DNA of 63,959 nt, counting the filler, from Dirinaria sp. TL-2023a (taxonomy: Eukaryota): NCBI GenBank assembly GCA_051941275.1. It is 3 parts of 3 records of this genome, joined end to end, with 100 filler letters (N's around TTAATTAATTAA, not from the genome) between each part and the next. Parts side by side here need not be neighbours in the genome. Positions count along the whole stretch, not along the records: positions 22,499 to 44,888 come from JAVEBF010000224.1; positions 44,989 to 63,959 come from JAVEBF010000357.1; 1 more part is not named here. One strand, written 5' to 3'. The notes beneath the pieces are model-generated. The model did not search any database. It had not been told where the DNA came from and was given only the letters and a program-made list of their open reading frames with translations. Positions within the stretch are counted from its first letter, which is position 1. Every line of letters begins with the position of its first letter. Shown one piece after another: positions 38,701-50,016 of the stretch. The translations under genes and the position numbers were made by a program.

Positions 38701-39468
38701 ATGTTACGAAGCGACGTATTCTAGTCGACACTTGGACACGTGACCGTCGGCTGGGCACGGTACCACTGGAGATACATGTCCTTGACTATCTACGGCGAGA
38801 TGGCCTACGGCATCCTAATATCGTGGAGATGATCGACTTCTTTGAGGACGATATCAACTACTACATCGAGATGGTCCCCCACGGGCTTCCGGGCATGGAT
38901 CTTTTCGACTACATAGAGATGCGGGCGAACATGGATGAATCGGAATGCCGTAACATCTTCTTACAAGTTGTTGCTGCTCTACATCACCTACACACCAAGG
39001 CGCTTGTGGTCCATCGAGACATCAAGGACGAAAATATCATCCTAGATGGAGAGAACAAAGTCAAGCTTATTGACTTCGGTAGCGCAGCCTACATCAAGAA
39101 CGGCCCGTTTGATGTCTTTGTCGGGACGATTGGTAAGTCCAATAAAGTTACCGAGCTCTTGGAATCTGGCTAAGATCCGGCTTGTAGATTACGCGGCCCC
39201 TGAGGTCTTGCAAGGCAAATCGTACCGCGGCAAAGAGCAAGATGTTTGGGCTCTTGGAATACTGCTTTACACTCTCGTGTACAAGGAGAACCCATTCTAC
39301 AGCATTGACGAGATCATGGACCACGAGCTTCGGATCCCCTGGATCATGAGTGATGCATCTATCGATATAATCAAAGCCATGCTCAACCGGGATGTCGACC
39401 AACGTTTCACCATTACACAGGTGATGGGACATGCTTGGTGTCGTTCCGATGGCGATGTTGAGGTCTGA
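35755..39468 (+). CDS. PAS-kinase-like Ser/Thr protein kinase (Psk1/Ppk6 type), 3 exons
   Basis: A short exon MPDHGVQNE (35755-35782) splices in frame to 35890. Contains PAS-like WTILAANDLACLVFG, LGQGAYGSV, RILVDTWTRDRRLGTVPLEIHVL, HRDIKDEN, DFG and VGTI|DYAAPE. Confidence 0.92.
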
Positions 39469-41277
39469 CCGACCGTGCTCTCGACACCCATTCCTCTTGC
39501 ACGGCCGCATTCGCCATCAATTTTTGGTCCTTGGGCCTATCACTATTCCACCATTGTGGTACCTATTTATTGTGTTTGTTTTTTCTTTCTTCTTTTACTT
39601 TGGACCGAGGGTTGTGGCTACTTTTTCTAATCTTGAGGGGCGCTTCTCTCGCCTTCCAAGTCTCTCACGCATGCTAGCGTTCGCGCGGTCTTTTCAAGGC
39701 ATGGAGTTGCACGTATATAACGATACCCAGTTTCGGATGGGATGTAGATCTAGACTTAGACTGCCACGCTTTTGGTTTTGGAGGCGGTACTCGGCTTATT
39801 CGGTCATGTGGGTGTAAGATATCAGAGTCCAACCAGTCACTTTGGCTTCCCCGGGACTGTGGGGGCAGGGAAGATCGAATTGCTCTCAGCAGCGATATTA
39901 CAGCATTGGCTCCATCTTGATGTGGGTTTCCAAGAAGCAGAAGGATTTGATCAACATGATCTGATTGACCTTTTCCACAGCTTGCTTGGTTGGATACTGC
40001 GATTGTTATCTTCATTCTCAATAAGAATGTTGTTATGTATTCAAAATTGTCTTTTTATTGTGATCCTCGGATGTGGGTTCCGCGTTCTTCATTGGTCCTC
40101 TCCGTAAGTATTCTACTTTGGGATCACGGATCTGAAACAGACGCTAACGCTATCGGGTGTAGCGGAATCTGGTGATTTCACCTTTGTTCCAGATTGAAAC
40201 TTGCCTCCAGAGAATCCAAATAAAGTGCTGGCAACTGTCGCAACCGCGAGAGGGTTTGTTTCTTTAACTCCCCATGATCCTGTGACTTCTTGTGTGTTTG
40301 TCAGAAGAGTCACCACATTATTCTGTTCGTGCTGCAAGGCAGCTGATGGGTTGGAGCTGCATCAGGAGGCTGTGATCGTGGCTTAATAGCTGATGGTGAC
40401 AGAGCGGGCTTCCCGACCATTAATGCTTAATCAACATCACCAAAGTCGGACAGCCTTATCCTTCTTCTTCGGCATACTTTAGGGACTATTCCAGATCAAG
40501 AATCCAGGTAAGTGATGCAGCCTCCACCAAGCTATTTTCAGACGCAATTATTGCCCCCGGTCCCCCAAGTCACGCGAACCGAAGATCACCTCTTCTGCGT
40601 GGGGAGTGGATGTAATCTCCACTCTCCTCTGACGTCTGACGATAAGACGAGATCCGGCAATCCAAGCATGGAAGCTGGTTGCGAATTAGCCACTTCGAGC
40701 TGATCGCCGCAGCACTCCGCCGGCTTGAGGGCCCGAAAAGCCCGAGGAGAGCAGCAGAGGGAGACTTCCACTCTCGCCGTCAGCTGTAGTGGGTGGCGAC
40801 TGGCGATGAGCTGGATGGTCAGCGTTGGATGACGGAGTACGATCATGATTATGGTTCTGATTAGTATTTGAACCAAAGTACTCGTTCGCCATCACCGCGC
40901 AGCTGCCAAAAGCAAAATGGCAACAGTCCATATTCTTGGCGGCTAGGCTCACATGAACGGTGATTGGGTCTCAACGCGCTCTGTACTAACCAGGGGCGCG
41001 AATATAGTAACTATTACTGGCTGTCCCTCAATTGCCATTCGCTCTCTCTGAAACCGCACGCCGAACCTCGAAATCGCTCCTTCCCGATCTCATTCTTCCC
41101 CCCTACGACTCTCCCAATCTTGCGCAAAATCATTGACGAGTCCAGTGAAAAGGCCAGCACGGAAATATCTTCTCTGTTGTCTCACAATTCATCCGACTCG
41201 CTCTGACAAGCCAAGCGCAACGACCGCCGCAAAGCGTTTGCCCAACTCGACATTAAGCGCCCACCTGCAGCTACGTT

Positions 41278-41303
41278 TGTGTGTGTGTGTGTGTGTGTGT
41301 GTG
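41278..41303. repeat. (GT)n microsatellite upstream of the phosphatase
   Basis: About 13 TG/GT units, read directly. Confidence 0.95.
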
Positions 41304-41617
41304 AGAGATCCCACAGACGGAAAAGGGTGGCAGCCAGGAGAAGGGGTTTTTACGAAACGTAAGAGGTTGTCTGGCCTTCCCCAGCAACCTCTTCCAATCA
41401 GAATTGGAAGGACAGAGGCCAAGTCGGCGCTTCGGTGATCAAAGGCAAGACCCCCCTGCTACGATTTCGTTTGCTGGTCAATATGAATCACGGAACATGC
41501 AACCGTGCATGTTTTGAGCACGGTTCGATGATGAGCGGCACTTTCGCCTGTCATTCTCCCTCACCTCTATTATGAAATCTTCACACACACGATTCGCAAC
41601 TTTGTCCATCTGGCAGG

Positions 41618-44293
41618 ATGGCTACGACTCTAGTATTCAAAGCTGACCTTGTCGATATAGAAGCAGGCATTCACACATCGAGCGCATTCCCCACGAAGCC
41701 TCAACACCACCCCAATGACTGCTTTAATGAAGGACCTTGTCAATCAACTGTAGTATCTGCTATTGGGCCGTCACTGCCTTGGACGAGGCCATCTCCAACA
41801 AAGCAGAGACAGTCAAGAATGCCCCCATCAGCAGGACCGGGACCGCTACTAGCTTCATTGCCATCGTTCACGCCAGTGTTCGGAACCGGTGGAAACGTGC
41901 AAGAAGCTAGAGAGCTTGACGGCGCGACAGCTGGCGCTCGAAACAAAGCTGCAAATATTCACAAGAGACTTCCATCCAACAATCACTACTCTTCACCTAT
42001 AATCAGGAGGGATTCTGAGTCCACCTTCGAGTCCACCGACTCTTCACCTACCACGACCATTTCCACAATGGATTCTTCACTTACGGAGCCGTCGCCTAGT
42101 TCTTCACCAGAATCACCAGCCTCTGTTGCTCCACTATCTACCTTTGGGCCGTCTTACGGGACAAGTAAGGCGGCTGGGTCGCAGGCAATGGGTCAAGCGG
42201 AACGGCCATCGACCGCTTTTGCGAGTCTCCCGGGGCTCAATCGCGCAGACTCGCCGAATAAGAAGATGCGGAATATGAAAAATCTTTCCGTCAATACTTC
42301 GACTTTGGGCCGGGGATCGCACCATCTTCCGCAGCTGGCCTTTCAACCAAATCCGTCGACTGCTGCCAAGACTCATGCTTTCTCTGCTCCACCGACTCCT
42401 TCGTTTATTGTCCCGCCAAAACCTCCCAGAAAGAAACCAAGTAACCTTGGTCTCAAAATATCGACGCCTGACGACAATCCGATATCCAGAGATGGATCGA
42501 GCATAGTCCCGCCGACTCCATCCATGGACTCGCACACTCGTACCATAAATTACCTCCAGTCCGCAACTGCAGCTCCTTTGATCTGCTCGCCTACAGTTGC
42601 TCCAGAAGGTGGTATGAGATTGCCTCCACTGGGGAATTTCTCGAACGGCGACCGCGCAGGGAAGACGCGTCCGCCTTTGAGTATGTCTTATCGTTCGTAC
42701 GAATTCCAGAACAGTTCGCCTATCAGTAGGCAAACCTTGGATCACGTTGAGGAAGAAAATGACTACGAATTGCCCTTGTCCCGAGAAGCCAAGTCTCCGG
42801 CATATCCTCAGGGCCCCGTCTGTATTTACGATCCTCACATCTACCTATACCTGGAACCAACCGACACTGAAGCCTCGCAATTTGACGTGGTCCTGAATGT
42901 CGCACGTGAAGTCAAGAATCCTTTTACAGCCGCGGCGGAGAAAACTGCCACAAAGCAGGGAGTCGATGCCGCCGTTCAGGTTGAGCTTAACCATGGTGAC
43001 ATTTACAGAATGAACCGAGAAAATGTGCAGGCACCATCGGCTAAGCCTTCGGATTCCGCATCTAATAGCAAGGCCGATGAGGCATCACACATTACTCCGG
43101 CTTCATCCTCGACACCCGAAAAAGCTCCCGAATACATTCACATTCTTTGGGATCACAACACGAACGTGGTCGACGATCTCATGAAGCTATGTGAGTTGAT
43201 CGACGATCGAGCGAAGAAGGGCATGAAAGTCCTGGTTCACTGTCAATGCGGTGTCAGTCGATCAGCTAGCCTGGTCGTCGCCTATGGCCTCTACAAGAAT
43301 CCGAGTCTGACTGTACAAGAGGCATACGATGCTGTCAAGAGTCGCAGCAGATGGATAGGTCCCAATATGAACCTGATTTATCAGCTCTCGGAATTCAAGT
43401 CGAAGCTTCCCAAGACGATGGCTGCTGGTCAGGCATCATGGCATTCTTGGAGGGATGCGGGAAGGTCGAATCCGATCTCCAAAACCCCGTTACTACCATC
43501 TTCATTCAACCAGCCTCCGGAAGGCCATCCGTCAGCTCTTTACCGAAAAGATTTAGATCTAACCCCGGCTCGAGCCAATTCCTTCAGTCCTCCAGGTTCT
43601 GCTCAGATTGAAGGCAAGAAAAATGCTGGCGAGATCACACCAGGCCCGTCTTCGGCTCCACCTGATATGCAGTGGTCTCCAAGTGGCACCCACACGCTCA
43701 GCCCAAGTTATGCAGATAAAGATCCGTTTGATAGGCTTCCATCAGACCCGGCCCATCGTTCTACGCAGAATGAGCATCCGAGCCCAGCACCAGTCTCTAC
43801 GGAGATCGGTCCTGGAGTAGTCCCTTCGTCAGGATCCACGCGTGCGGAGCATTCGCACATTCCCAAGCCATCGCATCTTTCTCTGCGCAAGGATGAAGGC
43901 AAGACTTTAGAACAACCACTGACCTCGGTGCCATCACCGCTCGCTGAATCTCTCCCCGCCGGTTTCAGCAGTATGACGACCCGTCGCGCGGCAGCACCCC
44001 GACAGCTCCCATTCCGCCAAGAACCCCCTCGGTTCACGCCGTCCCAAATCTCGACCAGCTTCCGCACCGACAATTCTGTGGACGATGAGCCTCCTCTGAC
44101 GCCTTCTTTACTTTCGCCCCGTGCCGCGGAGTTCACGGCCAGTCCTTTTCACCGCACAGCGGCGGGCGACCTAGCTGGATCTTCGGTCGCCGAACAGGCT
44201 CTTATGAGCCCAAAGCCGCAGAAGGAGGACCCGAGGAGTCCGGCGGAGAGGGGTCAGGCGCCGATAGTGAGAAGCATCTTTGATATGCTCTAG
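41618..44293 (+). CDS. Dual-specificity MAPK phosphatase (Msg5/Pmp1-like); start uncertain (ATG 41819 is an alternative)
   Basis: AYPQGPVCIY..IYLYLEP, VLNVAREV, IHILWDHN, catalytic VLVHCQCGVSRSAS and WIGPNMNLIYQL. Also a MAPK-docking-like KKMRNMKNLSV. Confidence 0.9.
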   Translation: MATTLVFKADLVDIEAGIHTSSAFPTKPQHHPNDCFNEGPCQSTVVSAIGPSLPWTRPSPTKQRQSRMPPSAGPGPLLASLPSFTPVFGTGGNVQEARELDGATAGARNKAANIHKRLPSNNHYSSPIIRRDSESTFESTDSSPTTTISTMDSSLTEPSPSSSPESPASVAPLSTFGPSYGTSKAAGSQAMGQAERPSTAFASLPGLNRADSPNKKMRNMKNLSVNTSTLGRGSHHLPQLAFQPNPSTAAKTHAFSAPPTPSFIVPPKPPRKKPSNLGLKISTPDDNPISRDGSSIVPPTPSMDSHTRTINYLQSATAAPLICSPTVAPEGGMRLPPLGNFSNGDRAGKTRPPLSMSYRSYEFQNSSPISRQTLDHVEEENDYELPLSREAKSPAYPQGPVCIYDPHIYLYLEPTDTEASQFDVVLNVAREVKNPFTAAAEKTATKQGVDAAVQVELNHGDIYRMNRENVQAPSAKPSDSASNSKADEASHITPASSSTPEKAPEYIHILWDHNTNVVDDLMKLCELIDDRAKKGMKVLVHCQCGVSRSASLVVAYGLYKNPSLTVQEAYDAVKSRSRWIGPNMNLIYQLSEFKSKLPKTMAAGQASWHSWRDAGRSNPISKTPLLPSSFNQPPEGHPSALYRKDLDLTPARANSFSPPGSAQIEGKKNAGEITPGPSSAPPDMQWSPSGTHTLSPSYADKDPFDRLPSDPAHRSTQNEHPSPAPVSTEIGPGVVPSSGSTRAEHSHIPKPSHLSLRKDEGKTLEQPLTSVPSPLAESLPAGFSSMTTRRAAAPRQLPFRQEPPRFTPSQISTSFRTDNSVDDEPPLTPSLLSPRAAEFTASPFHRTAAGDLAGSSVAEQALMSPKPQKEDPRSPAERGQAPIVRSIFDML

Positions 44294-44888
44294 TGATTCT
44301 GTTCTGGTCATCACCAAGGCTTTGAATCATCGGACGTTTGAAGCATGATTCTATCGACTTTGGGCCATTCATGGAGACGACATCACAAAAGCTCAGCATA
44401 CTCTACAACAACAAAATCTAGCAGAATAATAGGAGCCGACACCCTCGGATGATTACAGCCAAGAATCTTCATCCACTATCCAGCCTGCTTATCCCAACAT
44501 CCACATGCATGCAGCACGCATTATCGACGTGCCTCCATAATCTCCAGCATTCTTTCTGTTGTTACTGTCAGTCACATCAGCGGTGGCGCATATCCCCACG
44601 AACGATAAACGGAGTTTCCGGCGTTTTCTAATTTTTTTTCTTTTGTGTCCGAAGCCTCCCCTGTGCCCCTCCACCCCCAGTATGCCTTCAAAACGAATTC
44701 GAAGGCGAAGGCACGATGAAAGCAATTTCAAACGTGCGATTCAGATCCTCGGGAGGAATAGGGTTGTCTGTAGCACGCTATGGCAGTTCCTACCCTTTGC
44801 AATCTTTGCAATTGCAATGAGCTATCAAAAATGGGGGGTTGGGGGAGTGGAATGCGATGACATGCTGGATGAGTGATGGACCAGGGGG

Positions 44889-44988
44889 NNNNNNNNNNNN
44901 NNNNNNNNNNNNNNNNNNNNNNNNNNNNNNNNTTAATTAATTAANNNNNNNNNNNNNNNNNNNNNNNNNNNNNNNNNNNNNNNNNNNN
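44889..44988. other. Artificial assembly linker N44-TTAATTAATTAA-N44
   Basis: Same structure as the linker at 22399. Confidence 0.97.
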
Positions 44989-45483
44989 GAAATTGTTAAT
45001 TGACACTGAAAAGCGAGGGATGATGTGACTCACGACGATGTCAATTTGAAAAATGTAAAAAAAAAAAAAAGATTGTCTTCAGTAGACTGACTGCGCATGT
45101 AAAGTAAAAGGAGGGAAGAAATTGAGATATGGAGACATGCATGCACATCAAATGTAGACTTAAAAATGTCAGGAAGACGGGGCTCATGCATGCTGTGTAT
45201 CTAGCTCTAACGCAGTTCCAGAAATTCTGCCCTGCGCATCTCTTTTCCAGACGAAGTGAAAGGATATCAATCGGCTCTGTGTGAAGGCACGATGTGCGGG
45301 ACGAGAGTCTCATATCTTGATTCTGTGTTTAATCTTTTTCTCTTTCCCCTCCAAACTTCAAGCGGCGCTCGAAGTAGAGAAGGAGAATGAGGGAAAGAGC
45401 TGTAGACCGTGCTCAGCGAGCGTATGCGTTTCCACCATTTACTATATACAGAGCAGAAACCCTTGCCACAGATACGAGCCCCA

Positions 45484-48207
45484 TCACCAACTATCGACCC
45501 CATCCTCGACCTTGAAAAGGCCATTCTTCTTCCTCTCCACCGCCCACTTCTCAATCCACCCTTTCATCTTCTCCCGGCTCTTGGCACTGCCCACGTTGAC
45601 AGTCGGGATGATCTTCTCGATGCGCAACGCACAGCAAAACATGCTCAGCTCGCGGAAACTGCTGTGTTCGCTGTAGGGCACCCCGAAGCAGCTGCTCTCC
45701 CGCGTGCTCCCTCGCTGCGGCACCAGTTCCCGCATGCTGTACTTGCTTTTCCAGTTCTCTCCGTGCAGCACCGTCTGCACGCTCGGGGATTCGGTGAACC
45801 GGCTGTTGGGAGGGCGGTAGTTCCAGCCTGAAGGGCGAAACCCGACGATGCGCGAGAAGTGAGGTTTGTATGTTGTCAGGTAGTCCGCCAAGGTCTCGGC
45901 GCGGATCTCCATCAGCATCTGCATGTGCACCTGAGCCTCGAGCGGATCCGTGGTCATGCGTGCGGAGAGCTCCGGGTCTTCGAGCGCTGCGACGACGCGC
46001 TGTTTTTGAGGAGGAGCATAGATTTTCGAATTCAGCGCCCGGGCGACGCCAAGGCAGATACGCTCTTTGCCGATAGAGTAGGTGCCAACGATGACAAGGA
46101 GGCGGCCGCGCTTCTTTTTAATGGGGGTCTCAGCTGTACTGGCTAAGCCTGGCTCTTCGGTCTCCTCTTCGTTCTTCACGTCAGACTCTTTGCGGACAAA
46201 TTTCACCATCCCGCTGCCAGCTCGTTCGCGCTTAGTCTGCTCCCAATCGTCATCCTCGTCGATGAAGTCTTTGCTCAGGCTAACGCACATTTCGGCGCAG
46301 GACTTAATGACGGTCTCTTGAGAAGGAAAAGCGTATTTGGGCGTAAGGTAGGTAGTATCGAGATAGCACACATCTATCGTCTGGTGCTTGCTCTTGCCAG
46401 TAACGGCATCCATAATATCAGGTCGAAGTAACGGATGCTGTACGTGTGCGGGACATGCTCGAAAGTCTCCACAATGTAGAACACGATGCACCTTAGGATT
46501 CTTACCTTTCCCCATGGCTTTCTCATACAGGAACAATGAGCTCCCAGGACAGTGGTTGGCAGGGATCATTGTAACATGCACGCCTCCCGTCTCAGGCACC
46601 TCCATCCTCTTCTCGAAATCCAAATCAAAAACCCATTTTGGATCCACCTTTAGCTGTTGCCTCACCAGATTTGCCGTAACATGGCTGCAGTATATCGGTC
46701 CGTGACACCAGGAAGAAGTAAGACCAATATAATGATCGCTGTGAAAATGGCTGAGGAAGTAGGCTTTGCACCCTTCGACCGCGCCATAGCGGAAAGCATC
46801 AACGCAAATGGAAAACCCGGGCAGGATTTTGTAGAAAGGGCACGTTCGTTGGTAGGCGGGTTTCCCCCTAGAGGCGACTTCAGAGGCGGCAGCGGTGGCC
46901 CAGGCTGCGTCCTCGGCATGGCCAGACATCAGCGTTGAGAAGGCAGATGATGATTTCTCACCATTTTGTGCCAGTCCGAATGGGTTTTCCTGGCCTGGTC
47001 TCGCGATTGCGGCTCGCTGGAACCGCTTGTGTGATGGGACGCTGTTCTCCTTCTTGATGGGAGGGCTAGAGCCCGCCTTTGCGGATGTAGGAAGAGCCGA
47101 AGGCTTGCCATCTAGACAGTCATTGACATGCTTTGAGGCCTCTTGATCCGTAACACCAATCATTGCAATCCCACAGATGGGACACGAAGCAGCTGCTGGA
47201 CCTTGCGTGGCAATATTGCGCTCGCACTCCTCTTCTTTGGCGACGCTAGCTTGTAACTGCATCTCATCCTCTTCTTCCAACCCCATCTCAAGTTCGGCCT
47301 GTTCTGCCATCCACCTCCGTTCCATATATTCTTCTCCTTCTTCAGGGAATTCGTCATCGAAGTCTTCGATGCCATCGAAATCGATCCCCTCTCCATAGCT
47401 TGTAGGCTCTCTCTTCAGTGGCGGTAATGGTACTGTCACCGTCTTGTCCGGATCATGTTCGGTGCCATCTATAGCTGTATTGACCGTTGTAGAGCGGTGG
47501 TTCTCCAACAACTCCGGCGCGTCCAGGTCTTCTGTAACTCCATTGGCTGCAATGCCATGTATGCCTTGGCCTTTCGAAAGACTAGAATCGGATGCTTCCA
47601 TCAAATCGTTCCCTTTGTCGCTCGATAGCGTGTCATTCGCAATACTCCTCTGATTGCTGCTCTTCATCCGAATCAAGGACGGAGCCCTTACACCCAAATC
47701 TTCCACTTTGCGCTTCTTCACAAACCCGCCATGCTCATTATATCTAGACATCCCGCTCTCCTCACCGCCCGACTGCGCTGGGTCCCAGGCCTCTTTGGGT
47801 GGCGTCGGCCCTTGTACCACAGTCCCCACCCGGAAATCCTCATCATCCAGGAAGAGGCTCTCACCACCATCTCCGCCAGCCTTATCCTGCGGTGTTGTAG
47901 GTTCCGCCTTCGCGAAGAAATTCATAATGTTCCCATTCCCCTTATTCTTCACTTTGCCACTTGTCGATGATCCTACTATAGGCGCTGAGAGGTTGCGGCT
48001 GCTGCTTCTCATTGGCGTTGTCTTGCCTCTGCCCAGGACGGGCGTTGTAGCAGGCGTTGCCATTGCTGGAGACGCGGAAGAGGCCGTACGGAGGATCTTC
48101 TGATGCACAGACTCTGGGGGGGTGGGCGGACGGCCGATGGATTGACTTAGAGAACTCGAGGTGGAAGGAGAGTTGGAGCGAGGATTGCGAAACATGGGGA
48201 GGCGCAA
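45484..48207 (-). CDS. PSO2: DNA interstrand cross-link repair nuclease Pso2/Snm1 (MBL/beta-CASP)
   Basis: UBZ-like CPICG..HVNDCLD, CPFYK, VDAFRYG, FLSHFHSDHY, ANHCPGS, LDTTY and VPYSEHSSF. Confidence 0.95.
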   Translation of the reverse strand: MRLPMFRNPRSNSPSTSSSLSQSIGRPPTPPESVHQKILRTASSASPAMATPATTPVLGRGKTTPMRSSSRNLSAPIVGSSTSGKVKNKGNGNIMNFFAKAEPTTPQDKAGGDGGESLFLDDEDFRVGTVVQGPTPPKEAWDPAQSGGEESGMSRYNEHGGFVKKRKVEDLGVRAPSLIRMKSSNQRSIANDTLSSDKGNDLMEASDSSLSKGQGIHGIAANGVTEDLDAPELLENHRSTTVNTAIDGTEHDPDKTVTVPLPPLKREPTSYGEGIDFDGIEDFDDEFPEEGEEYMERRWMAEQAELEMGLEEEDEMQLQASVAKEEECERNIATQGPAAASCPICGIAMIGVTDQEASKHVNDCLDGKPSALPTSAKAGSSPPIKKENSVPSHKRFQRAAIARPGQENPFGLAQNGEKSSSAFSTLMSGHAEDAAWATAAASEVASRGKPAYQRTCPFYKILPGFSICVDAFRYGAVEGCKAYFLSHFHSDHYIGLTSSWCHGPIYCSHVTANLVRQQLKVDPKWVFDLDFEKRMEVPETGGVHVTMIPANHCPGSSLFLYEKAMGKGKNPKVHRVLHCGDFRACPAHVQHPLLRPDIMDAVTGKSKHQTIDVCYLDTTYLTPKYAFPSQETVIKSCAEMCVSLSKDFIDEDDDWEQTKRERAGSGMVKFVRKESDVKNEEETEEPGLASTAETPIKKKRGRLLVIVGTYSIGKERICLGVARALNSKIYAPPQKQRVVAALEDPELSARMTTDPLEAQVHMQMLMEIRAETLADYLTTYKPHFSRIVGFRPSGWNYRPPNSRFTESPSVQTVLHGENWKSKYSMRELVPQRGSTRESSCFGVPYSEHSSFRELSMFCCALRIEKIIPTVNVGSAKSREKMKGWIEKWAVERKKNGLFKVEDGVDSW

Positions 48208-50016
48208 AGCATTGCTCTAGCTTGAGATGGAATGAGATGAAAGCTATGTGAATGGTTGAGGGTCGCGGGTTTGATCACAGATCGCGTTACCTTACATTAA
48301 GTACCTTTACTAAATGGCTTCCGCTAAGCACAACCTCCCCTGCCTATTTTTGCACCACAGATTTACATGGTCAATCGTTCGATATTTAAGAGACATACAA
48401 GTAAGATTGAAATGACTATGACTTGACTTTTGGAAATTAGTCTGTCCTGCGCGCATGCTTCGAAAACTTCAAAAATAATTTGCCTCAGTACTCAGATCAA
48501 AAAGTATCTTAGGGTTGTCGCAGGGTATTGTCTACTACCTACAGGTAGGTAAGGTAGGTAAGGTAAGGTAGGGTTGCAAATAATTCCCCCATTCGATGTT
48601 TGTTCGAAGTCCTTTCAAGGAAGCCCTAAACCCTCTTCATATCTAAGGTAATCTACATCACATAGATCAATACGATTCCTTTCATGGTTCTGAGTTCTGA
48701 GGGCAAACAATAACCTCGAATAAAGCTTTAGTCAAAAGTCGAGACGAATTGACATTCTCATAAAGTCAATTGCTTTCTGCCTTTCTTATGCCCCTGCTCT
48801 ATACACCACAAATTTTTTTCGGTTTCTCAGAGTGTTGAGGCAGTGCCTGCTCTTCACAAGTGAATAACTCGAGGAACATCGAACGATTGACCATGTATGA
48901 GTACGGAGTAAACCTGAGGAGGGATAGGAAGAAGAGGGGGGTGTGAAAATAGGAAAGGGGGTAATGTGCTTCGGGGGCGCTAACTCGATCGGGCAAAAAC
49001 AGCAACACCACGGCCGAATAACTCTGTATACCCGGATATCCCACACGTGTAATTCTTAGGGGTCTTCGAAGCTCCAACGTCGTGGTCACGTGACCTCGCA
49101 TACATCAGGTCCATGACACTTCTCCTGCTCGTTCGTGTATGATGCTTTTCGTCTTCATACTTGGTAAATTAGTTGAATTCATGTCCATTTGATATCCGAG
49201 TTTCACGCACACGCTAACAGTGTGGTGAGTGCATGCATCTAAAAAGCGGGGTTTCCCGGATCCGCATAGAGTTTTTGCGACCCAAGATATATAGCGCACC
49301 AGTCTGTCTCCTTTCTTGAAATCGTCATGCGGCCCCGCACGAATCCAGCGCCGTGGTTCGAATGCATATGATATGCATCGGGAACTCAATTCCCCCCCGT
49401 AGGACTGCATGGACAGCTCTTCACTGTCAAATTATAATAGGTTTTGACAAGCGTCGCTCAACCGTGTTCCGTCTTCTGGCTAAGCTAGAGACCAACCGGC
49501 CAACAGTTGTTCCCGATATTCACCAACAGCTGCCAAGCATCAGCAGCAGTAAGTCATCGACCCTAGAGACATGATAACGACGAAGCTGCCGATGATAGAT
49601 AAAGAGATGTCATTATGAGTCTGCGCTTCATTTATCAGGACCCTGAATAGGTGGGGTTTTGACATTGCAAGAGCTTGTAGAGCTCGATCATTGGAGACAT
49701 TGTTCTGCTGGGAGCATGTTGCATTCTGAGTCCAAAGCATAATTTGCATGATAGGGGCACATGATCGCGAGCAGGTCAAACAGCCCAATCCCGTGAAGCT
49801 ATGCGCTCTTCAGTTTTCTTGCGAGCTCACACGAGACGGTATTTGGATGTATGCAATGACAAGGATGTTTCGATGAAAAAAGAGTGAGGCTTTCGGACGG
49901 TGTTCTGCACAGCTCCATGAACCCCGCCAGATCAGATTGTGCCGGTAATAGATAAAGTGCCCATCCCATCAGAGTAAAACTGGATTCAACGAAGATTCCG
50001 TGCCAGACGTTGCAAA

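Noticed and set aside
39674..40337. Short ORFs between the kinase and the phosphatase
   Set aside because: They show no motifs or consistent exon chain and are likely UTR or intergenic.
42134..42838. Long antisense ORFs (also 1033-1569, 56930-57481, 60604-61332 and others)
   Set aside because: They are shadows of codon-biased genes on the opposite strand, with no recognisable domains.
49044..49094. Two CACGTG boxes between PSO2 and the GMC gene
   Set aside because: This is a common hexamer that cannot be assigned to a factor or gene from sequence alone.
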